From positions 143,261 through 207,260 of IMG/VR virus record IMGVR_UViG_3300046692_000091: a DNA stretch of 64,000 nucleotides; one strand, 5' to 3'. Within the stretch, counting starts at the first letter, position 1; every line of letters begins with the position of its first letter. The notes beneath the pieces are model-generated. The model did not search any database. It had not been told where the DNA came from and saw only the letters and a list, made by a program, of their open reading frames with translations. Shown here in pieces: positions 35,947 through 45,040 of this stretch. Origin of the DNA: a virus. The translations under genes were made by a program, and so were the position numbers.

Positions 35947-36239
35947 GTGAATATGTAATCGAAATCATCCGTGGTCGTGATCACATTTATCTGTCTCGTA
36001 AAGAGAGCGGTAAAGCCAATGTCACACCGCAAGAACGCAACGCTATTACTTTTGAATCATCAACTGCAGCTAAGCTAGTGATTGATGCATTGATGGAAAA
36101 GCCCACCTCAGACATGCGTAAGCTGTTGAAGGTTCAAGAAGACTGGAATCGTCCAGTCCAACTGTTGGCCCGTAAGCGGTTGGGTAATAGTCACATGACT
36201 ACCAACGCCCGTATGTATCTATTTAAGGAAGCCGCATAA
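35943..36239 (+). CDS. hypothetical protein (98 aa); ends FKEAA
   Basis: ATGA overlap. Confidence 0.5.
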   Translation: MSEYVIEIIRGRDHIYLSRKESGKANVTPQERNAITFESSTAAKLVIDALMEKPTSDMRKLLKVQEDWNRPVQLLARKRLGNSHMTTNARMYLFKEAA

Positions 36240-36376
36240 TGTGGAAATTTACTTCGTTTGATGGACTCGTTTGGCGCACCCCTAAACAAATGAATCTGGT
36301 CGCCGCTGTCGCTCAGTGGACAATTTCCACTGGTCTTGGCGAAGCAGATATCAAAGAAATCATTAACATCCACTAA
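36239..36376 (+). CDS. small protein (45 aa), not in ORF track
   Basis: taATG overlap; fills gap before 36389. Confidence 0.3.
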   Translation: MWKFTSFDGLVWRTPKQMNLVAAVAQWTISTGLGEADIKEIINIH

Positions 36377-36388
36377 AAGGAATTAGTC

Positions 36389-37072
36389 ATGATCGAGATT
36401 AAAGTTAAGCCACAACATGGTAAAGGTCCTGGTATCAACATTCACGGTAAACACGTGACTGAATCGGTACACCAGATCTTCTCTCGTGTAATGCGTGCTA
36501 ATCACATGGACAGTCCTTACTACAAGGCCCGTCAAAAGTGTTCTGCATTCTTCCAAGGTGGGCATGATGCACCGAAAGGTGAATGGCTATTCATCGAGTT
36601 CTGGGGTAGTGATTACCTGGACTTCGTACAGATCATCCGTAAGCTAGTTAACTATCTCGATAATGAGGGTAATCCGCTACCGATTACCTACAGCTTCCCT
36701 GAAGAACAACGGGAGCGTGCGGATAACATCCATCACGATACATTGCGTGGTAAGTATCAGAACAATGCTGACGGCACGAAGACACTGTTCCCTGTAGATG
36801 GGGATGATGTAATCGATCTGATCTGGCACATCGAACACGAAGGCTTCGTAATCCATCGTACAGAGATCCATGTTGATCCTTACGAGTGGGAAGAGAAAGG
36901 TGCGCTGGGTGTATTCCAGATGATCACTGAGGACACTACTGTTCCTTACATCTGGTTGCTCGGTGAGAACCTACGCTTCCTACCGACCGACGAAGAACAG
37001 AAACGGGCTGTCATGGATCTGTTGGGAGAATTCAAAATCGCCTACACGTTGAAGAAATATCCGAATGTCTAA
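36389..37072 (+). CDS. hypothetical protein (227 aa)
   Basis: SD 'aaaggaattagtcATG'. Confidence 0.55.
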   Translation: MIEIKVKPQHGKGPGINIHGKHVTESVHQIFSRVMRANHMDSPYYKARQKCSAFFQGGHDAPKGEWLFIEFWGSDYLDFVQIIRKLVNYLDNEGNPLPITYSFPEEQRERADNIHHDTLRGKYQNNADGTKTLFPVDGDDVIDLIWHIEHEGFVIHRTEIHVDPYEWEEKGALGVFQMITEDTTVPYIWLLGENLRFLPTDEEQKRAVMDLLGEFKIAYTLKKYPNV

Positions 37073-37367
37073 ATCTTTGACATGGGAACTCGAATGGATT
37101 GATAACAATCCAGATCGATACGAAGGCCCTTGGCATCAGGCAGCGGTGAAACGGTTCATCACTGCCCGCTATCTACGGAATGCGCTGATCAAAAAGGATG
37201 TGTCCTATACAGGTGATCCTGAGAAGCGTTACAAGTACTTGGGAACTTCCAAAGGGGCGGGCACTAGTAAAGGAGAGATCCTAGAAGTTTACTGGTGCTT
37301 CGTTGACAACCAACTGTATCACCGTACTCCCGGTGATTTCCGTGATCGAATTCAGGATAGCCGATGA
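37065..37367 (+). CDS. hypothetical protein (100 aa)
   Basis: ORF. Confidence 0.5.
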   Translation: MSKSLTWELEWIDNNPDRYEGPWHQAAVKRFITARYLRNALIKKDVSYTGDPEKRYKYLGTSKGAGTSKGEILEVYWCFVDNQLYHRTPGDFRDRIQDSR

Positions 37368-37588
37368 GAGAACTTGCTGATGGCGTGTATGACACGTGTC
37401 CACTACATGGACCGAAAGTCTACATGCCTGACCGTTTAGTGCGCGTCACTGACAACTGTGTATCGTTTGTGATTGATGACATTGTTATACCCGATCCCAA
37501 ACCGAGTGGCTTTCCATTCCGTTTCTCCGTTGCTGACTTTTTCAGCGTAAACGTACTCTTTAACAAAGAAAAGAATAAGGTTGCATAA
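37364..37588 (+). CDS. hypothetical protein (74 aa)
   Basis: ATGA overlap. Confidence 0.45.
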   Translation: MRELADGVYDTCPLHGPKVYMPDRLVRVTDNCVSFVIDDIVIPDPKPSGFPFRFSVADFFSVNVLFNKEKNKVA

Positions 37589-37590
37589 GA

Positions 37591-38298
37591 ATGACTAATT
37601 GCGTTATCTACACCGACACCCCTTCTCGCGACGTGGTTCCTTATCGTGTCTACCTGCAAGAAGCTGGTTCGATGGGTATGGCAGATTGGTATCAAGGTAC
37701 CATGGGAAAGCTGAATACGTTGGACTCCCGTTGCTTGGTATTCCCTAATGCAAAAGAAGCTGAGGATTTTGCTCGGATCTTTGCTAATATACATAGTCGG
37801 TTTGGTGGTTGCCAGACCGTTGGTTATCATGGTGTTACTGAAAACGGTAACGCCTGTCCCCCATTCAAGATCGTTAAACATGGTGATCAAGAAATGGGCT
37901 GGACTCCTGAAAAACATGAGGCCTGGCTTAAGCGTAATGCGGCTTGGAATGAAATGCTTATACCGGCACTGATTAGTCGTGACAGCGTAACTGTTGCACG
38001 TGAGGGTGATGTCACCCCAGAAGAACTGCTTAACCGTATTACCTACCTGACTAATAACCTGGTAGAAGAAGAACTCGATGAAGTTCTTGGTAACATCCAG
38101 AACATGGAACGCTTGGAATTCAAGTGCACCGATATCGATACATATCCTGAATCCGTAACGATTCATTATACTCGTAAACTTCCAGCCTTCGAACCCTACC
38201 ATTGCTCGATGACCGTTTGCTCGTTGAATCTCTATGATGACAAAGGCATCAAGCAGTTGAAAGATCTGGCTGCACGTCGAGAACTTGCGGATGCGTGA
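37591..38298 (+). CDS. hypothetical protein (235 aa)
   Basis: ORF. Confidence 0.55.
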   Translation: MTNCVIYTDTPSRDVVPYRVYLQEAGSMGMADWYQGTMGKLNTLDSRCLVFPNAKEAEDFARIFANIHSRFGGCQTVGYHGVTENGNACPPFKIVKHGDQEMGWTPEKHEAWLKRNAAWNEMLIPALISRDSVTVAREGDVTPEELLNRITYLTNNLVEEELDEVLGNIQNMERLEFKCTDIDTYPESVTIHYTRKLPAFEPYHCSMTVCSLNLYDDKGIKQLKDLAARRELADA

Positions 38299-38731
38299 AC
38301 AAACCGATATGCGTCGGTACAGTGTGTCGCAGCAATACAAGTTCTATGAGCTCGACAAAGATACCACGATGGCTAATATCGCCTTAGGCTTGACCTGTTC
38401 ATACAGCGACATGCTTCTGGTCTTCCCGGATGATCTATCCTGGGATACTTGCCAGTACGATGGTTTCGGTGGCTACGGTATATTCGAAGTTTCAGTATGC
38501 GTGAAGAATGACTCATACTGGAACAAGCAAGGCCCATTCATATACCGTGGTGCACATGTCGTTTTCTTTGGCGGTTCTATCGAAAAGATCCAGGCACAAG
38601 CAGAGAAATGGTTTCTCACTAACCGGGATCTGAAGAACGAACTATATACTCATCGCTATGGTCGTAAAGTTACGCCGGTGCTTTTATCACTACGTTGCTA
38701 CGAACCATATGTACCCAAGATAAAAGAGTAG
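38285..38731 (+). CDS. hypothetical protein (148 aa)
   Basis: ORF. Confidence 0.5.
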   Translation: MRMREQTDMRRYSVSQQYKFYELDKDTTMANIALGLTCSYSDMLLVFPDDLSWDTCQYDGFGGYGIFEVSVCVKNDSYWNKQGPFIYRGAHVVFFGGSIEKIQAQAEKWFLTNRDLKNELYTHRYGRKVTPVLLSLRCYEPYVPKIKE

Positions 38732-38736
38732 AAAAG

Positions 38737-39018
38737 ATGAGCGTTAAGTTGATCAAGCGTGACAATGTGTGGGTTACTGAATTCTTAGGGAAAGAGCGGC
38801 ACTTCATCATTGATACTGATTTGGTGACTTGGCGCTCACTCGGTGTACACCCATCTGGTGCAGTCGAGTTCCAGATTGATCTGGATGGTAGTTTGGAAAA
38901 CGTACGCAGTATTTTTACTGGAGAAGACATTACGGAATTGGACATTCCTCGTGGCCATTCAGTTGCTGGAATGATTAAAGCAACAAAACCGTACGTACAT
39001 AGGGGGAATCATGTTTGA
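38737..39018 (+). CDS. hypothetical protein (93 aa)
   Basis: Internal ATG after upstream stop. Confidence 0.45.
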   Translation: MSVKLIKRDNVWVTEFLGKERHFIIDTDLVTWRSLGVHPSGAVEFQIDLDGSLENVRSIFTGEDITELDIPRGHSVAGMIKATKPYVHRGNHV

Positions 39019-39421
39019 TGTAACTGCAATAAATCTGGTCTTACTTTTCCTGGTGATCGCTGGTCTGATTTGGTGGTTGATCCGCTGGGTAGCGAAACCG
39101 GTAGCTATGCTTCAGTTCACCGGTGTAGAACTGATCACGCAATACGGCACACAACGCGTTATAGAGCATTCTAAGCTGCGTTCGGATGATGGTGATAAAC
39201 CACTAGTCTCTGGACTGAATGACTTCTATATCACCGTTCAGGATGGTGTATTACGGTACCATAACCCTGGCGAAGCTCATCTACTTAACCCAATCCTACG
39301 AAGCTCTGAGGAGATCCTATTCTTCAGACTGCAAATTCGTGTGGTCGGTGAACGAATTGTAAAGTTCGAGCAGACCAATCTTTCCAAACCGAACGCTACA
39401 TTGCTGTGGAGCAAAGCGTAA
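39011..39421 (+). CDS. membrane-anchored protein (136 aa)
   Basis: N-terminal TM AINLVLLFLVIAGLIWWLI. Confidence 0.5.
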   Translation: MFDVTAINLVLLFLVIAGLIWWLIRWVAKPVAMLQFTGVELITQYGTQRVIEHSKLRSDDGDKPLVSGLNDFYITVQDGVLRYHNPGEAHLLNPILRSSEEILFFRLQIRVVGERIVKFEQTNLSKPNATLLWSKA

Positions 39422-39517
39422 GGAGGTAAACCATGCTATATAGCGAAGTTGGTTTCCTTACAAGTATCCTAGTGGTACTCGGTATTATGGTATCTTCAAC
39501 TCTCCTAAGGAATACAA

Positions 39518-39979
39518 ATGTCAGAGTCACTCAATGCTGGTCAGTTCCCCGTACTACATCGCAGTAGTAATGGTGCGCTCTTCGTGCAGCATCAACAATC
39601 TTTGCCTCAGCGAGTAACCTTGCCTAGCGGTGATGTTGTTGAAACTGGTTTCGTAAAAGTCACTGGCGTCGATGCCATTGATCTGTATGCCCTGTGCCAA
39701 AACAATGGCCGTAGTAAATCCCTGTCGATTAAAGCGATCGTTTATATTGACGAAGGCGATAACTTGAAGGTGCATGATGTTAAACGTATGGCTCCGGCTT
39801 TACTGAGCGATCCAGCTTATGTCACTAAAGGCAAAGCTAAAATCGAGATCGGCCATGTAACTAAACTGTGTGGATTGCGCTGGGGTTTCAATCTCCAGCT
39901 TGACCCTGCAACCGGTAAGTGTACCATCGAAGTGGACCGGGAATCCCCGATCGTTGGTTTGAAGTTGCAGTTCGATTAA
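39518..39979 (+). CDS. hypothetical protein (153 aa)
   Basis: SD 'ctaaggaatacaaATG'; terminator follows. Confidence 0.5.
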   Translation: MSESLNAGQFPVLHRSSNGALFVQHQQSLPQRVTLPSGDVVETGFVKVTGVDAIDLYALCQNNGRSKSLSIKAIVYIDEGDNLKVHDVKRMAPALLSDPAYVTKGKAKIEIGHVTKLCGLRWGFNLQLDPATGKCTIEVDRESPIVGLKLQFD

Positions 39980-39982
39980 ACG

Positions 39983-40009
39983 GGGTCCCTTCGGGGACTC
40001 CTTTATGTT
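39983..40009 (+). terminator. hairpin + CTTTATG
   Basis: ggggtcccttcggggactcctttatg. Confidence 0.55.
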
Positions 40010-40036
40010 GCAAAAAATTATAACCCTATATTACCA
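40008..40036 (+). promoter_or_regulatory. promoter-like motif aaaattataacCCTATATTAC
   Basis: Follows terminator at 39983. Confidence 0.5.
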
Positions 40037-40098
40037 TTTGGTGTAGGGAAATCGTATCCATGACCAATCCTGGTGTTTGACTAGTAAGGCAACAAAGA

Positions 40099-40383
40099 AT
40101 GCTAAGCTCGCTCTTCAATCTGACCATCCGTAGTCTCGCAGCATCCAAAGTAGAACCAGGTATGGTATTAACCGCAGCACGAGATATATTCGTGACCATT
40201 CTCGATAGACGTGGGGCACACCACGATATCTTGTTTGCGAACGAAGGGGATCAGGTCCGAGTTGAAGGATCTGATAGTCACCGTCCTGGTGATTTGTTCG
40301 TATGCTCCAACGTCGACAACTTTGATGAAGTCGGCTCAGTAAATCCACATGACCTCGAAGACGCCTTTAATGAGTACAAATAA
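40099..40383 (+). CDS. hypothetical protein (94 aa)
   Basis: Downstream of promoter motif; SD 'taaggcaacaaagaATG'. Confidence 0.45.
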   Translation: MLSSLFNLTIRSLAASKVEPGMVLTAARDIFVTILDRRGAHHDILFANEGDQVRVEGSDSHRPGDLFVCSNVDNFDEVGSVNPHDLEDAFNEYK

Positions 40384-40724
40384 TGCAATTTGATAATCTC
40401 TACGAATACATCGACCAAACTTACGATGTTCAGCTCGATAAAGCGTTCCTTAAAAAAGAAGCTCCGTCGCTGACATACCTGAAACTGGTCCGAGTTCTTT
40501 CGGTGTTAAAGATTGATCCGACTGGTCAATCGGCAGAAGCTTTGTTCGCCGATGCTGTCCGTCAGGAACGCAGCGCGTTCACACCACATCAATACAGCCT
40601 CGTGCAGAACCTACTCACGCTGGCCGATCTCCATGAGATCATTGAAACCCTTATTCGCAAATCAGGAAAGAAAACAAATGCTCCTTTCGACAACGGTCAG
40701 TTCGCCGACGATATTAATAGCTAA
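40383..40724 (+). CDS. protein ending ...FADDINS (INS-tail family)
   Basis: taATG overlap; C-terminal INS. Confidence 0.5.
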   Translation: MQFDNLYEYIDQTYDVQLDKAFLKKEAPSLTYLKLVRVLSVLKIDPTGQSAEALFADAVRQERSAFTPHQYSLVQNLLTLADLHEIIETLIRKSGKKTNAPFDNGQFADDINS

Positions 40725-40910
40725 AGAAGACTTGACCGTGACCATCGGTGATCACACAGCTACTCTTGCCCAGAAAGGCGAGCGTGTAACTCTGTTGTAT
40801 CAACATGATGGTTTCCTAGAAGTCATGGCGACGGATGGTACCAGCTTTTATACAAACAACGATAAAGTAGTACCTGTCACCTAAATCTAATGTGATTATA
40901 GGAGATAGCG

Positions 40911-41270
40911 ATGTTTCAAGTAGACGATAAATTTTACACTTGGTCTTCCACCATGCATGGCCGAGGCTTTCGAAAAGAACTGGTAACCACTGGTGCGTTT
41001 GTGATAGACCACATCAGTACCGGATGGGTGATCATCGGTCATTCTCGTACAGTCAGTGCCGAGGTGGATAAACAGATTGCATTGCTAAAAGCTGGACGTC
41101 ATCCTAATAGACGATTCCAATCGCAGTTTTCCAGTACGAACCATGAAAGTTCGTCGGACATCAAGCTAATGGAATTTCCAGCTAAAACTGTCAAAGATGG
41201 AAAGCTGATTGAATCCAAGATCCGTTCTAGCTATACTGAGCAAGGCGGAACATTCTGCGTCACTAACTGA
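40911..41270 (+). CDS. hypothetical protein (119 aa)
   Basis: SD 'ataggagatagcgATG'. Confidence 0.5.
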   Translation: MFQVDDKFYTWSSTMHGRGFRKELVTTGAFVIDHISTGWVIIGHSRTVSAEVDKQIALLKAGRHPNRRFQSQFSSTNHESSSDIKLMEFPAKTVKDGKLIESKIRSSYTEQGGTFCVTN

Positions 41271-41279
41271 GGAAGTGTA

Positions 41280-41894
41280 ATGTTAGGGTATACCCAAATG
41301 CATCACCGGACTGGTATTGAAGAACTCCGTCTAGCGGCTGTTGAAAATATCCGGGAAACACTAGGGGATGCTCGTTGGGAGTTCATGGTTACTGAACGTG
41401 ATCCTGACGTACCTGCAGTACTCACCACCATCGGCAATAACCGCTATGGGGCACCTGATCTGATTCTGGGTTGTGGCATGACTGATAAAGGTCTGGGTCA
41501 TCTTCGTATGTCCTATGGCGATCTGTTTGCTTACTTGGAATGGCACAAAGACTTTACCTCGGGCGAAGTTGATCTGGTTGACTACTATACGTTCCTGCTG
41601 AAAGAACGTGGTCATGCCAAGATTGTTCCAATCAAACCCTCCGGTCGTATCCATCTGCTTCACGTAGATGCTGAACGCTGGTTAGCTGGTCAAGGTTGGC
41701 AACATGCTCAGTACTACAATGCAGATGAGCGTAAAAATGCACGCTTCCTGCAACTCGTACTGAGCGATGACGATGGTCGGTTACCATGGGACGAAGGTTA
41801 CAACTACGTCCGACAGCATATCCTGGAATCCAAACCATTCGGTGTTAAGCCAGTTGATGCTCCTGTATCTGCCCGTGCCCATTATTTGAACTGA
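41280..41894 (+). CDS. hypothetical protein (204 aa)
   Basis: SD 'gaggaagtgtaATG'. Confidence 0.55.
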   Translation: MLGYTQMHHRTGIEELRLAAVENIRETLGDARWEFMVTERDPDVPAVLTTIGNNRYGAPDLILGCGMTDKGLGHLRMSYGDLFAYLEWHKDFTSGEVDLVDYYTFLLKERGHAKIVPIKPSGRIHLLHVDAERWLAGQGWQHAQYYNADERKNARFLQLVLSDDDGRLPWDEGYNYVRQHILESKPFGVKPVDAPVSARAHYLN

Positions 41895-41901
41895 GGTTGT
41901 A

Positions 41902-42156
41902 ATGTCTGATCGTAAATTTGCTGTATGTGAATACGTTCAATTGAATTGTGATGTCATGATCAACAAGCCTGGTAGTGGCCAAGTGCTTTATGCACCTAAG
42001 GACACTGTAGTGCGGGTCATGTCGTTTGATCCAAGTCTGGACTCCCCTTATGGTGTCCGTGTTGATGGCGAACCTTATCGCAATGCTCCGGTTACCGAAG
42101 CCATGATGGATAAGATGCCAATGGGGTATGTACATGCCGAGCCCGTGGGACTATAG
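41902..42156 (+). CDS. hypothetical protein (84 aa)
   Basis: SD 'tgaggttgtaATG'. Confidence 0.45.
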   Translation: MSDRKFAVCEYVQLNCDVMINKPGSGQVLYAPKDTVVRVMSFDPSLDSPYGVRVDGEPYRNAPVTEAMMDKMPMGYVHAEPVGL

Positions 42157-42505
42157 GTCCGATCAACGGCAAGGGGTAAACTGGGAACGTAAGTATTACA
42201 TCGTACTGGCTGATGAAACAGGTCAGCCATTGTACGAATACGTTCGCATGGTCGGTAAAATTTACTCCAAGATTAAATCCTCACGCAAAGCACATTTCGC
42301 ACCGCTGGATAAGAAGAATGAACGCATCTACTTTATCCAGTATTCAGATGCCCGTAATGCGATAGTAACTATTGCTAAAGCATCTGCAGCGAATGTGCCC
42401 GTGGGACGTTACCTATTGATGGTGACGCAAACCTTTGAAAATGAACCTGTGGCATCATTGCCATACTACGTAGAAAGAGAGATTAAAGATGACACAAGTG
42501 ATTGA
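42128..42505 (+). CDS. hypothetical protein (125 aa)
   Basis: ORF; start may be slightly downstream. Confidence 0.45.
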   Translation: MYMPSPWDYRSDQRQGVNWERKYYIVLADETGQPLYEYVRMVGKIYSKIKSSRKAHFAPLDKKNERIYFIQYSDARNAIVTIAKASAANVPVGRYLLMVTQTFENEPVASLPYYVEREIKDDTSD

Positions 42506-42899
42506 CGAGTCAGTCAAAGTTTTGGATATCAAGCTGTTCAACCAGAGTACCCACTATTACAATCTGAAAGTGTGTGAGGGTAGCTATACTCTGCACGATA
42601 ACGAAGAAAGTCGGGCATTCAACGAACACTTCCTAACTCCGGATGATGCAAAGTTCGAAGACCAGATTGTACAAGCTGTGTTCTGTCTGGGTAACCAACA
42701 TGCGCCGGCAACTGTACGGGATCTGATCCGCATTGTCCGTACGAAGAAAGTCGATCAACAAACGCTGGCGGAGTATTCGATGTTCACCATCGGTGACTTC
42801 GTTATCCTGACTAAAGATGAAGTGATCATCGCCATCAATGGTGATGTTACTCGTCGCAATCGTGTTGATGGTTTCGACACAACTCGGGGGCAGGCATAA
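42489..42899 (+). CDS. hypothetical protein (136 aa)
   Basis: ORF. Confidence 0.5.
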   Translation: MTQVIDESVKVLDIKLFNQSTHYYNLKVCEGSYTLHDNEESRAFNEHFLTPDDAKFEDQIVQAVFCLGNQHAPATVRDLIRIVRTKKVDQQTLAEYSMFTIGDFVILTKDEVIIAINGDVTRRNRVDGFDTTRGQA

Positions 42900-43195
42900 T
42901 GCACGTTGTTCGCTTAGCAACAGATCGGTTGGGGGCTAACCCTATTGGCCAAGTCTGTGAAGCGTCTAAAGTGAAGAAATTGATGTGGTGTCCTAAGGGC
43001 ACCTCCAACACCATCGCTGACACTGCCGACTACCATGTAGGAATGATGATCGCTTCTGGTTTCATTAACGAACCCACAGCGCTCAACAAGTTCCTGCAGA
43101 AGCTGAAACAACCTGCCGGTGAGTATTACGTTCTGTTGTGGAACGTCACGCGCGGTAACTCCGATGCTGTCTTCGAGTTTGACTTTGCTGGGTAA
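42899..43195 (+). CDS. hypothetical protein (98 aa)
   Basis: taATG overlap; terminator follows. Confidence 0.5.
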   Translation: MHVVRLATDRLGANPIGQVCEASKVKKLMWCPKGTSNTIADTADYHVGMMIASGFINEPTALNKFLQKLKQPAGEYYVLLWNVTRGNSDAVFEFDFAG

Positions 43196-43216
43196 GCCTT
43201 CGGGCTTACCTTTATG
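43191..43216 (+). terminator. hairpin + TTTATG
   Basis: ggtaagccttcgggcttacctttatg. Confidence 0.55.
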
Positions 43217-43231
43217 CCATATTAAGGAAAT

Positions 43232-43771
43232 ATGATGCCTTTTGTACTGTACATCTGCTGGATGCTTTTGTCTGCTTGGGGTTGCACCCGTATTGCGACC
43301 GCGTCATTTGGACCAGGTGATGGGGTAGAACGATTACTACTCTGGATGTTCCTCTGGCTGGTTTGCCTGGTACTGGTTGGGTACCTGCTGCTTAAAGCTT
43401 ATCCTGATAAACCCCGTGGTAAGTTCAGCCTGGATCATGTATCGCTCCGTTATTGGGATGGTATTGGCCAGTACACCGAAGTATTGGATATAGCTCTAAC
43501 ACACAAGGTTTTCGAAGTAGGGGCTTGCGTCAATACCTTCTATGCAATCCTGGAAGATACCGATTATCCAACTCCTACCCGCCGTGGCAGTGTAATGGCT
43601 TGCCGACCAGTATGGATTCGTTCTCTGAAAGAAGTAGAGATCAATAGCCAAACTGATCTGTTGAAGATAACGATCGATAAGGATGGCATGACCAAGGTTA
43701 AATACATCGGTCCTGCCACCTGTGTTACAGCTGATTGCAAATGGCAATTTACCCCAGGGGAAAAGAAATGA
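43232..43771 (+). CDS. membrane protein (179 aa)
   Basis: Two N-terminal TM helices. Confidence 0.5.
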   Translation: MMPFVLYICWMLLSAWGCTRIATASFGPGDGVERLLLWMFLWLVCLVLVGYLLLKAYPDKPRGKFSLDHVSLRYWDGIGQYTEVLDIALTHKVFEVGACVNTFYAILEDTDYPTPTRRGSVMACRPVWIRSLKEVEINSQTDLLKITIDKDGMTKVKYIGPATCVTADCKWQFTPGEKK

Positions 43772-44187
43772 ATAACGAAACGTTCTATGTTGTCGAAGTA
43801 ATTCGCAAAGCCGACAACATGGCGTTTATGTTGTTCGGTAATCATTCGAGTGATGCGGATGATAGCTGGTATTTCGATCAGCGACGTATCAGTGATCTGC
43901 GTGATTGGGCGCGGTTGGGTTCCATTATCCGTATCGGCGACCATATCGACCACAATCAGTGGCTCGTTGATTTTGTTATCCCGCAGATGCGTATGTTGCA
44001 AGAGCGTTATCCTCTTAGTGACGACCATCACGGAGAGGGTGTAAAACATGTTACGCATAAACTTTGTATATACAAGGTCGATATGCGAGCTAGTTTAAAT
44101 TTACGTTTTAAACCAATGGTGTGTCAGACCTTCCATCTGGTAGGTGAAGCATTTATTGGCGCAATCAAGCAAGGATATACTACATGA
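43768..44187 (+). CDS. hypothetical protein (139 aa)
   Basis: ATGA overlap. Confidence 0.5.
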   Translation: MNNETFYVVEVIRKADNMAFMLFGNHSSDADDSWYFDQRRISDLRDWARLGSIIRIGDHIDHNQWLVDFVIPQMRMLQERYPLSDDHHGEGVKHVTHKLCIYKVDMRASLNLRFKPMVCQTFHLVGEAFIGAIKQGYTT

Positions 44188-44540
44188 GTAACCAAACAAT
44201 CCAATCGGTAGCAGTTGAAACCAAAACAGACAAACTCGCCCGTTTGCGGAAAGAGTACATCATCGATCAGTGGCCTACGTTCCTGAAACTTTTCCCTGGG
44301 ATGTCCGAGTATCGCGGTGAAGGCCCTTTGGAACAAAAGGCTTTGGAGATGCTGGAGCTGAGCTATACCGCACAAGTATCTATCATCGGTGTGAAAGTAC
44401 CCGATGAAGATCTACCTGCGCTACAAGCTCGGCCCACCAAAGACTTCATCAAGCATTTGAAGTCAAGTTACAACCGTTCTAATTTGGCCGATCAATGGCG
44501 TCTGGTACGCGATCAGTTCCTGATGGATCTCGAAGAATAA
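44184..44540 (+). CDS. hypothetical protein (118 aa)
   Basis: ATGA overlap; terminator follows. Confidence 0.5.
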   Translation: MSNQTIQSVAVETKTDKLARLRKEYIIDQWPTFLKLFPGMSEYRGEGPLEQKALEMLELSYTAQVSIIGVKVPDEDLPALQARPTKDFIKHLKSSYNRSNLADQWRLVRDQFLMDLEE

Positions 44541-44542
44541 GA

Positions 44543-44567
44543 AGAGTCCCTTCGGGGACTCCTTTAT
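44543..44567 (+). terminator. hairpin + CTTTATT
   Basis: gagtcccttcggggactcctttatt. Confidence 0.5.
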
Positions 44568-44587
44568 TACGTTAAGTGGAGTTACAC

Positions 44588-45040
44588 ATGGCAATGTCGA
44601 AAGCTGAAATTGCAATGAACGCTAAGTTTCCAACTAGTGGACCTAAGTACGTCCCTTGGTATAAAGCACCAAGTAATACTCATGTTCGTACTGACGATAT
44701 GTTCGATGTTGATCGTCAGGGCAATGGGTTCATTGTAACGGTATACGAATACCTGAACAAGAAGAAAGAAACCTGTCGTGAAGTGATCCGTGTCAAGCAC
44801 ATGGGTAAGGTTACCATACGTGATCTCGCTACTTGTTATGGTTGCCACCAAGTGCATAAGCGCGCTATGGAATCACATGACTTTCTTACCGTGTACAATC
44901 GCCTGTGTCTGGAAGCACCACTCAGTCGTGTGTATCGCTTCGATCACAATGGTCTTGCTATTAAGTGTTCTGGTAAAGCCAGTGACTTTGCCGATATGAC
45001 CGATCTGAGACAAGTCTGGCCGCCGGTGGAATCTGAATGA
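44588..45040 (+). CDS. hypothetical protein (150 aa)
   Basis: SD 'gtggagttacacATG'. Confidence 0.5.
   Translation: MAMSKAEIAMNAKFPTSGPKYVPWYKAPSNTHVRTDDMFDVDRQGNGFIVTVYEYLNKKKETCREVIRVKHMGKVTIRDLATCYGCHQVHKRAMESHDFLTVYNRLCLEAPLSRVYRFDHNGLAIKCSGKASDFADMTDLRQVWPPVESE

Noticed and set aside
37420-38340. 306-aa minus-strand ORF inside the plus-strand block
   Set aside because: It would be the only minus gene in 52 kb and it overlaps three well-packed plus genes; no upstream signals.
39433-39567. 44-codon ORF (MLYSEVGFLTSILVVLGIMVSS...) overlapping the 39518 gene start
   Set aside because: Overlaps the better-supported SD and ATG of 39518-39979; it could be a small TM peptide, but the evidence is weak.
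40678-40884. 68-aa ORF overlapping the end of 40383-40724 in another frame (MLLSTTVSSPTILIAKEDLTV...)
   Set aside because: Requires a 47-nt out-of-frame overlap and has no SD; possibly real with a TTG start near 40729, but unsupported.
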